Positions 50,789-63,750 of a stretch of 64,000 bases of DNA are shown here, one piece after another. The notes under the pieces are model-generated. The model made no database searches. It saw only the letters and a list, made by a program, of their open reading frames with translations, and was not told the DNA's origin. The stretch is from contig NIVC01002329.1 in the NCBI GenBank assembly GCA_002269645.1, positions 5,219-69,218 of the forward strand, read 5' to 3'. This stretch comes from Macrostomum lignano (lineage: Eukaryota). Numbering within the stretch: position 1 is the first letter of the stretch; each line of letters begins with the position of its first letter. A program made the position numbers and the translations under genes.

Positions 50789-52268
50789 GCGTGTAGTATC
50801 TGGACTGGAAACTGCAGCGCAATCCATGCACTTATTCTACGCATAGAATCTGGACTGGAAACTGCAGCGCAATCCATGCACTTATTCTACGCATAGAATC
50901 TGGACTGGAAACTGCAGCGCAATCCATGCACTTATTCTACGCATAGAATCTGGACTGGAAACTGCAGCGCAATCCATGCACTGATTCTACGCATAGAATC
51001 TGGACTAGAAACTGCAGCGCAATCCATGCACTGATTCTACGCATAGAATCTGGACTGGAAACTGCAGCGCAATCCATGCACTTATTCTACGCATAGAATC
51101 TGGACTGGAAACTGCAGCGCAATCCATGCACTTATTCTACGCATAGAATCTGGACTAGAAACTGCAGCGCAATCCATGCACTGATTCTACGCATAGAATC
51201 TGGACTGGAAACTGCAGCGCAATCCATGCACTTATTCTACGCATAGAATCTGGACTAGAAACTGCAGCGCAATCCATGCACTGATTCTACGCATAGAATC
51301 TGGACTGGAAACTGCAGCGCAATCCATGCACTTATTCTACGCATAGAATCTGGACTGGAAACTGCAGCGCAATCCATGCACTTATTCTACGCATAGAATC
51401 TGGACTGGAAACTGCAGCGCAATCCATGCACTTATTCTACGCATAGAATCTGGACTGGAAACTGCAGCGCAATCCATGCACTTATTCTACGCATAGAATC
51501 TGGACTGGAAACTGCAGCGCAATCCATGCACTTATTCTACGCATAGAATCTGGACTGGAAACTGCAGTGCAATCCATGCACTTATTCTACGCATAGAATC
51601 TGGACTGGAAACTGCAGTGCAATCCATGCACTTATTCTACGCATAGAATCTGGACTGGAAACTGCAGCGCAATCCATGCACTTATTCTACGCATAGAATC
51701 TGGACTGGAAACTGCAGTGCAATCCATGCACTTATTCTACGCATAGAATCTGGACTGGAAACTGCAGCGCAATCCATGCACTTATTCTACGCATAGAATC
51801 TGGACTGGAAACTGCAGTGAAATCCATGCACTTATTCTACGCATAGAATCTGGACTGGAAACTGCAGCGCAATCCATGCACTTATTCTACGCATAGAATC
51901 TGGACTGGAAACTGCAGTGAAATCCATGCACTTATTCTACGCATAGAATCTGGACTGGAAACTGCAGCGCAATCCATGCACTTATTCTACGCATAGAATC
52001 TGGACTGGAAACTGCAGTGCAATCCATGCACTTATTCTACGCATAGAATCTGGACTGGAAACTGCAGCGCAATCCATGCACTTATTCTACGCATAGAATC
52101 TGGACTGGAAACTGCAGTGAAATCCATGCACTTATTCTACGCATAGAATCTGGACTGGAAACTGCAGCGCAATCCATGCACTTATTCTACGCATAGAATC
52201 TGGACTGGAAACTGCAGCGCAATCCATGCACTGATTCTACGCATAGAATCTGGACTGGAAACTGCAGC
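50789..52268. repeat. 50-bp minisatellite (TCTGGACTGGAAACTGCAGCGCAATCCATGCACTTATTCTACGCATAGAA)n
   Basis: Highly homogeneous, about 29-30 copies. Confidence 0.97.
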
Positions 52269-52956
52269 ACAGTTAATCTTTTTGCACCCAGCAAGGATTA
52301 ATTGGCTTTCTTTCACTCAAAAAATCAGAAGGAGGTGGCCAGAAAATTTGAATAAATCAACAAACAGTTTCCAATCCGGATGTAAGTACTAGGTTTAGTA
52401 TTCCATGCACGATGTGATAGAAAAGAGAACTCATCCCAATACAAACACGAGGATATATGAGTAAGGTTGGAAGGACTTATATGAGGGCTTCTGCAGGTGC
52501 AACCGTAGCGAGGAGCAGAAACTGAGAGCAGTGTTTCTATCAGGGTCCTCACAGTTTTTTAAGCAAACTTTGCGCATGACTTGCAGCTAATAATACATGA
52601 CTCCTGAAAATGAAATTCTCTTCCCATTCCCAGCTGCCAGTTGCAGATTTTATTCAGTATTTGCTGCGGTCCAGACAGTTTTTTATTAAAAAAGCTGGAC
52701 TAAGAGGCAATGATTTCTAATCGTTGCTTGTCCCACTCGCACTGCATCCAGCCTGTCTGTCTACAGCTGAATGAGGATGAAAGGGAAATTCCGGGCCTCA
52801 CTTCAGCGCTTAATTTAAACCGATCCTGTCTCTCTTTCTAGCCTTGCCTAATCCGGCTTGCTTTTTATTGTCTGAAATTGCATTTTAAAAAAGGCCAGCC
52901 CTGACAACAAGCTGGCTGCCGGCCTATATGCGGATTAACAGTAGAACTACCATATT

Positions 52957-53390
<434 letters not shown>

Positions 53391-53460
53391 AGGGCGCCTC
53401 CAATCTCGGGCACTGACACGGTAGAAAGTCAGAAAGGACTGAAAAAAGTCAATTTAAATT

Positions 53461-53503
53461 GAGTAGCCGATATTTCGAAATCAAATTTCTTCGTCAGGGC
53501 TGC
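53461..53503 (-). ncRNA. Minimal type I hammerhead ribozyme
   Basis: Minus strand GCAGCC-CUGACGA-A-GAAAU(UUG)AUUUC-GAA-AUAUC-GGCUAC: conserved core, 5-bp stem II, palindromic AUAU stem III, AUC cleavage triplet, stem I AGCC/GGCU. Confidence 0.8.
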
Positions 53504-53916
53504 AAGCGAGTGAAGTTTATTTGGCGCGAATTGCCGTCAATATATAAAGGCGATATCGCCAGGGAGAGACGATCGATAAATTGATGTGCTCAAGCACTTA
53601 AAACAGTACGCATGGTCAGTACATTAAAACGAGTCCGAGACTATGAGAAAAGCGGGGGGTGGCTAAAACTGTACAAGTGGGCCTAGACGACCTTTAAGTG
53701 TAGAATAAAAATTGCAAAAATAAATGGCGAAATAAATAGGTAAGGTAAATAAAAATAATTATTAAATGCTCAGAGCAAAAATGCAGGTGCACCGTACACA
53801 GTGTCAGAAAAATGAATAAAAAGCAGAAAATAAATAATCTGAATAAATCGAAATAAAGTCAATGAAAAAATCACAGAGGGGAAAATAGCAGTAAAGGAGC
53901 CTTTGTACAGCTGATC

Positions 53917-54621
53917 TCAATTGGCAGAAGCTGGTTCGAGCTGGCTGTGGCAGAGTAGATCCCGAAGGCTCCTCCCTTTAGTGAAGGCCGGCAGTACAGG
54001 GGCATCGCAGTGCTGTGCCACGCCGTCCCTCACCTTGGCAACCAGGGTGTCTGACCCAGCGCAGTGCGGCACAATCAGTGGGATCGCCGGATTGTGCAGC
54101 ACCCCGGCCAGCTCGTTGGCGCCATGTGGGACCAGAGTTTTCAGGACCGCGATGAGTTTGGCCTCCTGGCGTTGACGTCGTTCATTGGCCTTGGGTCCAG
54201 AGCCGTCCCGCGTCCACACTCCGGTGAAGGCAAAGTCCTCGAGACTATGGCCATCGTTGCTGAAGTGGCGGGCCACCGGAGTGTCGCGTGCGTGCCTGAT
54301 GTCGCCGACGTGCGCTAGCATGCGGGCCCGGATGCTGTTGACCGTCTCGCCGACGTAGACCGTGCAGCTGCAGCGGCGGCAGAACACGGTGTAGACAGCG
54401 TTGACCGAGTTGCAGTCGATCCTCTGGCTGATGGTGATCTTGACGGTCGTGGACGCGGATCCCGGGCAGACGGAGGTGAATCTGGCGTGCGCCTGGCAGC
54501 ACTTGCACAGCCGGGCCGGGTTGCACGGCAGGAAGCCGAACTCCCACCGCCTTGTCGGGTAGAAACCCAGCTCCGCCAGCACCTCGTATTTGATATTGCG
54601 TAGAAAACGCCTGTTGTAGCC
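53917..54621 (-). CDS. PLE polyprotein C-terminus: RT thumb remnant (GY...), Cys linker, GIY-YIG endonuclease
   Basis: GYNRRFL...PCNPARLCKCC...AVYTVFCRRCSCTVYVGETVNSIRARMLAH...PVARHF...RRQEAKLIAVLKTLVPHGAN; open frame with no internal stop. Confidence 0.9.
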   Translation of the reverse strand, partial: GYNRRFLRNIKYEVLAELGFYPTRRWEFGFLPCNPARLCKCCQAHARFTSVCPGSASTTVKITISQRIDCNSVNAVYTVFCRRCSCTVYVGETVNSIRARMLAHVGDIRHARDTPVARHFSNDGHSLEDFAFTGVWTRDGSGPKANERRQRQEAKLIAVLKTLVPHGANELAGVLHNPAIPLIVPHCAGSDTLVAKVRDGVAQHCDAPVLPAFTKGRSLRDLLCHSQLEPASAN

Positions 54622-54626
54622 CTTTA

Positions 54627-54839
<213 letters not shown>

Positions 54840-54941
54840 AGTGCGCCGGAACTGAGCAACGCGAATTTCAAGTACACGGGCTAAATTTTTATTGCGCAAC
54901 TCCTCAAATAAGAATCAAGTTGCCAGTCCTCCAGACCGTCG

Positions 54942-55208
54942 AGATATTCGACGATTCTGCTAGAAGGTCGGATCTTTCCCATAAGCGCTAGTGTATTCAG
55001 TACACCCCTGTGCGCCAATCAGCACTGCACCTCAGTGCAGCCTTGCCAAGCCTCCAAATTTCATCAGCACATCGACCGCATCTGTCTGCATCAGCTGTGT
55101 CTTCATTGGTCACTGGCCTTCACCCAGGCGGAGCTTCTGGACCTTCAACACGTGGCAATAGGTGACTATCAACACCCTGATGCGAATTTCTTTAGTTTCG
55201 CTGATCAA
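54942..55208. mobile_element. Dispersed repeat, copy B
   Basis: See copy A; diverged by scattered substitutions and indels. Confidence 0.7.
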
Positions 55209-55399
55209 AAAGCCCGAAAGCCCAAAAAGTTTAAAAAGTTAGCCCGTGTTCTTGAATTTCGTGTGCCTGCGTTGCTCCGTTCTGGCGCAGCAAAAAAATT
55301 GACAGGGAGGCGAAATCCCCCCTTGGTATTTCGACGGGCGAAAAATTGGTATTCCCAAGAGCCGTTTTTGCTTGCGATTTCTGCTATTCAGTGTTCTCA

Positions 55400-56604
55400 G
55401 ACACACCCCACCCCTCTGTCTCAGCACCCCACTCCCTCTGTCTCAGCACCACCCTTCTGCCTCAGCAGACACACCCTTCTGCCTCAGCACCCCACTCCCT
55501 CTGTCTCAGCACCACCCTTCTGCCTCAGCAGACACACCCTTCTGCCTCAGCACTCCACCCTCCACCTCAGCACCCCACCCCTCTGCCTCAGCACCCCACC
55601 CCTCTGCCTCAGCAGACACACCCCTCTGCCTCAGCAGACACACCCCTCTGCCTCAGCAGACACACCCCTCTGCCTCAGCACTCCACCCTCTGCCTCAGCA
55701 CCCACCCCTCTGCCTCAGCACCCACCCTCTGCCTTAGCACCCCACCCCTCTGCCTCAGCACCCATCCCTCTGCCTCAGCACCCATCCCTCTGCCTCAGCA
55801 CCCACCCCTCTGCCTCAGCACTCCACCCCTCTGCCTCAGCACCCCACCCCTCTGCCTCAGCACTCCACCCCTCTGCCTCAGCACCCCACCCCTCTGCCTC
55901 AGCAGACACACCCTTCTGCCTCAGCACTCCACCCTCCACCTCAGCACCCCACCCCTCTGCCTCAGCACCCCACCCCTCTGCCTCAGCAGACACACCCCTC
56001 TGCCTCAGCAGACACACCCCTCTGCCTCAGCAGACACACCCCTCTGCCTCAGCAGACACACCCCTCTGCCTCAGCACCCACCCCTCTGCCTCAGCACCCA
56101 CCCCTCTGCCTCAGCACCCACCCCTCTGCCTCAGCACCCCACCCCTCTGCCTCAGCACTCCACCCTCTGCCTCAGCACCCACCCTCTGCCTCAGCACCCA
56201 CCCCTCTGCCTCAGCACCCCACCCCTCTGCCTCAGCACTCCACCCTCTGCCTCAGCACCCACCCTCTGCCTCAGCACTCCACCCTCTGCCTCAGCACCCA
56301 CCCCTCTGCCTCAGCACCCACCCCTCTGCCTTAGCACCCCACCCCTCTGCCTCAGCACCCATCCCTCTGCCTCAGCACCCATCCCTCTGCCTCAGCACCC
56401 ACCCCTCTGCCTCAGCACTCCACCCCTCTGCCTCAGCACCCCACCCCTCTGCCTCAGCACTCCACCCCTCTGCCTCAGCACCCCACCCCTCTGCCTCAGC
56501 ACTCCACCCCTCTGCCTCAGCAGACACACCCCTCTGCCTCAGCACCCACCCCTCTGCCTCAGCACCCATCCTTCTGCCTCAGCACCCCACCCCTCTGCCT
56601 CAGC
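55400..56604. repeat. ~20-22-bp C-rich minisatellite (CTCTGCCTCAGCACCCACCCC)n next to the opsin intron 2 donor
   Basis: Begins ~20-25 nt into the intron on the minus strand; source of the 542/434 aa ORFs. Confidence 0.95.
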
Positions 56605-56628
56605 GGACACGCTACACCGGCAGCTCAC

Positions 56629-56965
56629 GTGCGCAAAGATGGCCACATAGGAGCCGACAATGACAGCCAGGGGCAGCAAAAACTCGGCAGTCAACAGGCC
56701 GCCCAGGTAGACTTTGTCGCGGGTCCGGTTGCCCTCCCAGTCCAGATCGCAGGCGGCCACGTGACCGACTCGGCGGACTCCGGCGACGTCGAACATCGGC
56801 GGGAGGCTCCAGGCTGCGGCAACCACGGCGGAGAGACAGACGAGGACCAGGACTTGCGCTCTGCCGAACGGCTTGTTGCGGGTCACCATGCGGCAGCGCA
56901 GGGCTGACAGGCCGGTCAGCAAGTTGATGTTGAACAGGCCCAGGGAGCTGGTGCTGAACACGTAC
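56629..56965 (-). CDS. Opsin exon 2 (TM3-TM5)
   Basis: aaaag| acceptor, phase 2; YVFSTSSLGLFNINLL...LRC; WSLPP; EL2 CDLDW; EFLLP...SY; donor GTGAGC. Confidence 0.88.
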
Positions 56966-57023
56966 CTTTTTGGATTTTTCGGGCGGCAAAAGTTTGACAA
57001 AGTTTTCGTCTTTCGTTTCTTTG

Positions 57024-57836
57024 GATTCTCTGACTCTCTCCGATTCTTACTGACTCTCTCCGATTCTCTCTGACTCTCTCCGATTCTCTCTGACTCTCCG
57101 ATTCTCTCTGACTCTCTCCGATTCTCTCTGACTCTCTCCGATTCTCTCTGACTCTCTCCGATTCTCTCTGACTCTCTCCGATTCTCTCTGACTCTCTCCG
57201 ATTCTCTCTGACTCTCTGATTCTCTCTGACTCTCTCCGATTCTCTCTGACTCTCTCCGATTCTCTCTGACTCTCTCCGATTCTCTCTGACTCTCTCCGAT
57301 TCTCTCTGACTCTCTCCGATTCTCTCTGACTCTCTCCGATTCTCTCTGACTCTCTCCGATTCTCTCTGACTCTCTGATTCTCTCTGACTCTCTCCGATTC
57401 TCTCTGACTCTCTCCGATTCTCTCTGACTCTCTCCGATTCTCTCTGACTCTCTGATTCTCTCTGACTCTCTCCGATTCTCTCTGACTCTCTCCGATTCTC
57501 TCTGACTCTCTCCGATTCTCTCTGACTCTCTCCGATTCTCTCTGACTCTCTCCGATTCTCTCTGACTCTCTCCGATTTTCTGACTCTCTCTGATTCTCTC
57601 TGACTCTCTCCGATTCTCTCTGACTCTCTCCGATTCTCTCTGACTCTCTCCGATTCTCTCTGACTCTCTCCGATTCTCTCTGACTCTCTCCGATTTTCTG
57701 ACTCTCTCTGATTCTCTCTGACTCTCTCCGATTCTCTCTGACTCTCTCCAATTTTTTACTCTCTCCAATTCTCTCTGACTCTCTTTGATTCTGTACGTTT
57801 GTTCTTTATTTCCTATTTTTCATCTTGTTGTGTGTA

Positions 57837-57890
<54 letters not shown>
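57024..57890. repeat. 18-bp array (CTCTCCGATTCTCTCTGA)n + spacer + (GT)n(GA)n, copy 1
   Basis: Ends ~60 nt upstream of the opsin exon 2 acceptor; source of the RESER-repeat ORF N-terminus. Confidence 0.93.
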
Positions 57891-57891
<1 letters not shown>

Positions 57892-58772
57892 TACCCAAGC
57901 CGGCAGACTGTTTTGATGTTTATCGGGTCCGATGTCTATCGCTACACTTGATCAAATGCTTTAGCGAATAAATCTTGCCGTCTGTCAGTAAGCCAGCTAG
58001 TAGCATCAACTGAATTTAGCTTCCTCTAACGCTACACAATACGCTTAACTTGTTGCAAAACCGAAAATCTTTGACAGTTGATTGAAGTTGACTAATTCGT
58101 CGAGTGCTCTATCATTGGCTCGCTGTCTACTCAAGTCCAGACTCGACCGACGTCTTCAATCAAATAAATTATGCTTTGCCAAATGTTAGTTGGAGTTTGC
58201 AGCAACTACGCTGGCTTGAAGAAGCTTTCTAGACGCACTCAACCACAAGCCCGCAAACCAATATGGCTGGTGTAGGGCTTGCAGCCTCCGCAAATATCTC
58301 TCTCTACCTACAGTTGATCGGCTCCCCTCGGCTTTCTGGAGATCGTGGCGGAGACGGCAGTTTTTTGAAGTATATTCCACTAGAGCCGAAATTGATTCCC
58401 GCTTTTTCTGCCTGCCTCCCCCCCTCTAATATTCCAGAAGCCAAACCGACTCAAACTGCGTGACAGGCGGCTTGAAATGTTCCATATATGATTATGAAGC
58501 AAAACTGAGTGCTTTTAGTTCGGAGTTGCAGATTTTGACTTTATGTCATTTTTTCAGCAGGGGGTCTCACAATTGCGTTGGATTCCGACATCTTTAATGC
58601 AGATTTTTTCAACTAATCCAGTGGATATCAACAGCGCTGCTGCAAGACAGTTAAGTAGAGGTTGGCCGCTAATGTTAATGCTACCAGATCCGCTCTGTTC
58701 TATAGTACACAACAACCTGAATTAATAGAAACCGCCTGAAGTCCCTCCTCCCCCTGAGCAGCCCAGTCTCAC

Positions 58773-59059
58773 CAGTAGCACCAGGCCATGTGGAAGGCCC
58801 ACTCTCCGGCCAGCCAAGCCGACGCCAAGTTAAGCGAGGCGGCCGACAGCACGCACAGACAGTTGCCAACGAAGCCGGAGCACAGCACGTGCATCGATGG
58901 ATTGCGCAACGATGGCGAGGCCAGGATGTTGTAGGCGGCTAGCCCGTTCGAGATGAAGCTGGCTAAGAACACTGCACTGCACCAGCCGGCTAAGGCGTAA
59001 TGCTTCCAGTTGCTGCTTTCAGCAATGACTACTGAGCTAGTATTGTTTGTTAGAGGCAT
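58773..59059 (-). CDS. Opsin exon 1 (N-terminus, TM1, TM2, EL1 to Cys110)
   Basis: N-glycosylation sequon NNTS/NTS; SNGL; SLRNP; GEWAFHMAWC (WxFGxxxC equivalent); donor GTGAGA, phase 2. Confidence 0.88.
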
Positions 59060-59685
59060 TGCTGCCGGCTGGGCCGTATTTCAGTATTTTATCTGAATGC
59101 GTATCCCCCACAGGTGGCTGGGACTGTCAGTGAGTTGGTTCAGCCAAGCGGGCAAGCGTTTATCTTTGTGGATGCAGACGGGCAGGGGGGGGGGCAAATA
59201 GTGCATTCATTGGCTGCTATTCGGCATTGGCGGGCCCAGCCTGCTCCCTTGCAAGCTGGGTGAATGAAGCTTCAGAGCAAAGGGGAAAAAAAAGAAGCAG
59301 AGTAAGGAAAGGGAGAACTTCCCTTTCGGTCCGGTGTTGGGTCGAGCACAGCTGTAAAAACCAAAGTGGGCTTAATTGTGAGCTGTTCTCAGCTGGGCCT
59401 GCGGTACCTTCTTCCGCTTCGTCGGTGCCGCCGCAGCGTCTCTTTGGCTAATGGTTAATTACCGCAGCGGGCAGCAGAATGGAAACCAATAGATAGGCCT
59501 GTGCCTATCCGCCTAGTAGCTGCAGGAAGCGGTCAGCTGCAAGAACATTTGCTCTGTAGAGAAAAATATTCTCACGCCCGTCCAGCTGTGGAGATTAGCT
59601 CGAGCTCGAAACACTAATAACTAATGTGCTCCAGTGTTTTGTTGAAGGCGTGAGGAGTCTGCTAATCCACTTAGTAGCTTGCCTT

Positions 59686-60330
59686 GGAAATCTCACCCTG
59701 TGAATCTCATCCTGGGAATCTCACTCTATGAATCTCACCCTGTGAATCTCACCCTGTGAATCTCACCCTGTGAATCTCACCCTGTGAATCTCACCCTGTG
59801 AATCTCACCCTGTGAATCTCACCCTGTGAATCTCACCCTGTGAATCTCATCCTGTGAATCTCACCCTGTGAATCTCTCCAAGTGAATCTCAGCCTGTGAA
59901 TCTCACAGTGTGAATCTTTCCCTGTGAATCTCACCCTTTGAATCTATCCCTGTGAATCTCACCCTGTGAATTTCACCCTGTGAATCTATCCCTGTGAATC
60001 TCACCCTGTGAATTTCACCCTGTGAATCTATCCCTGTGAATCTATCCCTGTGAATCTCACCCTGTGAATCTCACCCTGTGAATCTCTCCAAGTGAATCTC
60101 AGCCTGTGAATCTCACAGTGTGAATCTTTCCCTGTGAATCTCACCCTTTGAATCTCAGCCTGAAAATCTCTCCCTGTAAACATCTCCCTGTAAATCTCAC
60201 CCTGTGAATCTCACCCTGTGAATCTCTCCCTGTGAATCTCACCCTGTGAACTTCAATCTTTGAATCTCACTTTTTTGAATCTCACCTTTTGAATCTCATC
60301 CTGTGAATCTCACCCTGCGAATCTCACCGA
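59686..60330. repeat. 14-bp minisatellite (TGTGAATCTCACCC)n
   Basis: Direct reading. Confidence 0.93.
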
Positions 60331-61144
60331 GAATATTAATCTAGAAATCTCTATTCAAGTGTACGTATTTTGGAATCTCACCCGAGAATCTCTCTTTCCT
60401 TTTTAGAACATAACTGGATACTTTCTGAGAAGTTACCTAAGAAAGAGTCTGCTAAACTCATGCGGAAATATTCTCTGAAAGAATCGCCCGTCGGCGATGA
60501 TAGCTACAGCAGGTCCCCTGAAGAAAATGGAAATCAATGCTTTTTGACGCCATCAGAGGGATTATTTAGCATAATTAACACGAAATTATTCCATAACCAA
60601 GCGTCCGAGAATTCGTGCTCATCGCTCTGAGTTGAGCTTGAATTCGAGTTGGATACTTGCAGCCACTCGAGGCGCAAAAACCGAATAGAAATTGCTGCAA
60701 TTCGCGATAAAATTCCCGATTTTGATTCATGAATATTTAATCGTCACCGCAGGTTATAGGTGCAGCTGAGATTCTAAAAATCCAAATTTCACGGGAATAA
60801 GGCATCGAATTGGGCTGCAATTTATGCACAAGTACATGTATTATCGAGCTTTTGAACCTATATGGGCATAATTTTACTTATTATCGATTAATAAGTTATT
60901 TAAGTAATCTGGAAAAGCTATGAAGGTTGAATAACGAGGTTTTGTCTCCTTGCCTGTCTTCGGTGTTCACTTTTACTGATTCAACTTACACGGGTGTACT
61001 TTAAGGAGATCCGGCTTGCCTAATTGCACTTCTTTTGAGTCACTCTGGCGAGCAACTTGCGGCTGGCTGGGACTATAAATTTAGTTACAGTCTTGCTACA
61101 GCTTCTGTGGAGTTTTGGCTCACAATATCCTCCGAGGCAAACTG

Positions 61145-62434
61145 AAGCATCCGGCCTTCTCTTCTCTACTAGACTCAGCTCACCCCGTGCGGCACACTGG
61201 AACACCCGGCCTTCTCTTCTCTACTAGACTCAGCTCACCCGTGCGGCACACTGAAACACCCGGCCCTCTCTTCTCTACTAGACTCAGCTCACCCGTGCGG
61301 CACACTGGAACACCCGGCCCTCTCTTCTCTACTAGACTCAGCTCATCCCGTGCGGCACACTGAAACACCCGGCCCTCTCTTCTCTACTAGACTCAGCTCA
61401 TCCCGTGCGGCACACTGGAACACCCGGCCTTCTCTTCTCTACTAGACTCAGCTCACCCCGTGCGGCACACTGGAACACCCGGCCCTCTCTTCTCTACTAG
61501 ACTCAGCTCATCCCGTGCGGCACACTGGAACACCCGGCCCTCTCTTCTCTACTAGACTCAGCTCACCCCGTGCGGCACACTGGAACACCCGGCCCTCTCT
61601 TCTCTACTAGACTCAGCTCATCCCGTGCGGCACACTGGAACACCCGGCCTTCTCTTCTCTACTAGACTCAGCTCATCCCGTGCGGCACACTGGAACACCC
61701 GGCCCTCTCTTCTCTACTAGACTCAGCTCATCCCGTGCGGCACACTGGAACACCCGGCCCTCTCTTCTCTACTAGACTCAGCTCATCCCGTGCGGCACAC
61801 TGGAACACCCGGCCTTCTCTTCTCTACTAGACTCAGCTCACCCCGTGCGGCACACTGGAACACCCGGCCTTCTCTTCTCTACTAGACTCAGCTCACCCCG
61901 TGCGGCACACTGAAACACCCGGCCCTCTCTTCTCTACTAGACTCAGCTCACCCCGTGCGGCACACTGGAACACCCGGCCCTCTCTTCTCTACTAGACTCA
62001 GCTCACCCGTGCGGCACACTGGAACACCCGGCCCTCTCTTCTCTACTAGACTCAGCTCATCCCGTGCGGCACACTGGAACACCCGGCCTTCTCTTCTCTA
62101 CTAGACTCAGCTCACCCCGTGCGGCACACTGAAACACCCGGCCCTCTCTTCTCTACTAGACTCAGCTCACCCCGTGCGGCACACTGGAACACCCGGCCCT
62201 CTCTTCTCTACTAGACTCAGCTCATCCCGTGCGGCACACTGGAACACCCGGCCTTCTCTTCTCTACTAGACTCAGCTCATCCCGTGCGGCACACTGGAAC
62301 ACCCGGCCCTCTCTTCTCTACTAGACTCAGCTCATCCCGTGCGGCACACTGGAACACCCGGCCCTCTCTTCTCTACTAGACTCAGCTCATCCCGTGCGGC
62401 ACACTGAAACACCCGGCCCTCTCTTCTCTACTAA
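61145..62434. repeat. 55-bp minisatellite (CTCAGCTCATCCCGTGCGGCACACTGGAACACCCGGCCCTCTCTTCTCTACTAGA)n
   Basis: About 23 copies. Confidence 0.96.
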
Positions 62435-62650
62435 GTTTAATTGTTATTTTAATATCAATATAATGAAAATATGCTTATATTTGTGCATCAAATAAAGCGT
62501 ACAGACCTTTAAAATTTCTTTCCAGTGATATTTACTGTAAAAAGTTAGGTTTCAAATGTGTTCCATTAGTTAACCAAAAATTCTGATGGAGCTCATTCTG
62601 AGCAATGAAGCGGCAACGTCAGCTCCCGCCGCGGCAAAGGTCAAGTCGGG

Positions 62651-62851
62651 TCACGGTCGCTCAAGGGCAGCCAGAAGCTGTTCGCGGTTCCTGGCGCACC
62701 AGTCGGCAAAGTCGACGGGCCGACGCGGCTCGAGGTAGCGCTCAGCCACCGAGCGCTTGAGCTGCTGGTCGACTCGCAGCACAAACTCGAAGGCGTTGCC
62801 GAGGTCAATTGAAGCTGCATCGCCCCGGGAGCGCAGCTGCTCGCACGTGAT
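62651..62851 (-). CDS. Terminal exon of a probable NmrA-like (NMRAL1/HSCARG-type) protein; upstream exons lie outside the window or were not found
   Basis: ccggcag| then ITCEQLRSRGDAASIDLGNAFEFVLRVDQQLKRSVAERYLEPRRPVDFADWCARNREQLLAALERP*; GC-rich codons; LGN.FEF and P..F..W...N resemble NmrA C-termini (from memory, not searched). Confidence 0.55.
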   Translation of the reverse strand: MTCEQLRSRGDAASIDLGNAFEFVLRVDQQLKRSVAERYLEPRRPVDFADWCARNREQLLAALERP

Positions 62852-62942
62852 CTGCCGGATTTGTTTTTATTGATGGCATTTTATGTAACTCACATATTAG
62901 TTTAGCAGGTGCTAAAGCTTCACTTATCACTCTTGTAGTCGC

Positions 62943-63750
62943 CTCACCTGTGTCTTTGCATCTCATCACCTGTGTGTCTGCATCTCATCACCTGTGTGTC
63001 TGCATCTCATCACTGTGTGTCTGCATCTCATCACTGTGTGTCTGCATCTCATCACCTGTGTGTCTGCATCTCATCACCTGTGTCTCTGCATCTCATCACC
63101 TGTGTCTCTGCATCTCATCACCTGTGTGTCTGCATCTCATCACCTGTGTGTCTGCATCTCATCACCTGTGTCTCTGTATCTCATCACCTGTGTCTCTGCA
63201 TCTCATCACCTGTGTCTCTGCATCTCATCACCTGTGTGTCTGCACCTCATCACCTGTGTCTCTGCACCTCATCACCTGTGTGTCTGCATCTCATCACCTG
63301 TGTCTCTGCACCTCATCACCTGTGTGTCTGCATCTCATCACCTGTGTGTCTACATCTCATCACCTGTGTCTCTGCATCTCATCACCTGTGTGTCTGCATC
63401 TCATCACCTGTGTCTCTGTATCTCATCACCTGTGTCTCTGCATCTCATCACCTGTGTCTCTGCATCTCATCACCTGTGTGTCTGCACCTCATCACCTGTG
63501 TCTCTGCACCTCATCACCTGTGTGTCTGCATCTCATCACCTGTGTGTCTGCATCTCATCACCTGTGTCTCTGCATCTCATCACCTGTGTGTCTGCACCTC
63601 ATCCCCTGTGTGTCTGCATCTCATCACCTGTGTCTCTGCATCTCATCATCTGTGTCTCTACATCTCATCACCTGTGTCTCTGCATCTCATCACCTGTGTC
63701 TCTGCATCTAATCACTTGTGTCTCTGCATCTTCTTGACTGTGTCTCTGCA
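62943..63750. repeat. 22-bp minisatellite (CACCTGTGTGTCTGCATCTCAT)n
   Basis: Direct reading; source of the three C/H-rich ORFs. Confidence 0.95.

Larger units (their letters stand above)
53391..54622 (-). mobile_element. 5'-truncated Penelope-like retroelement (PLE)
   Basis: GIY-YIG ORF preceded by a Cys-rich linker, followed by a T-rich 3' region with a hammerhead ribozyme; flanked by direct repeats starting at 53196 and 54627. Confidence 0.85.

Noticed and set aside
56966-57768. RESER-repeat N-terminus fused to a GPCR fragment in ORF 56539-57768
   Set aside because: The repeat part is intronic; the true exon begins at 56965 and joins exon 1 in phase.
59580-59670. Otx/Crx-type TAATCC/TAATCT sites upstream of the opsin
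   Set aside because: These hexamers are expected by chance at this density; no palindromic P3/RCSI site was found.
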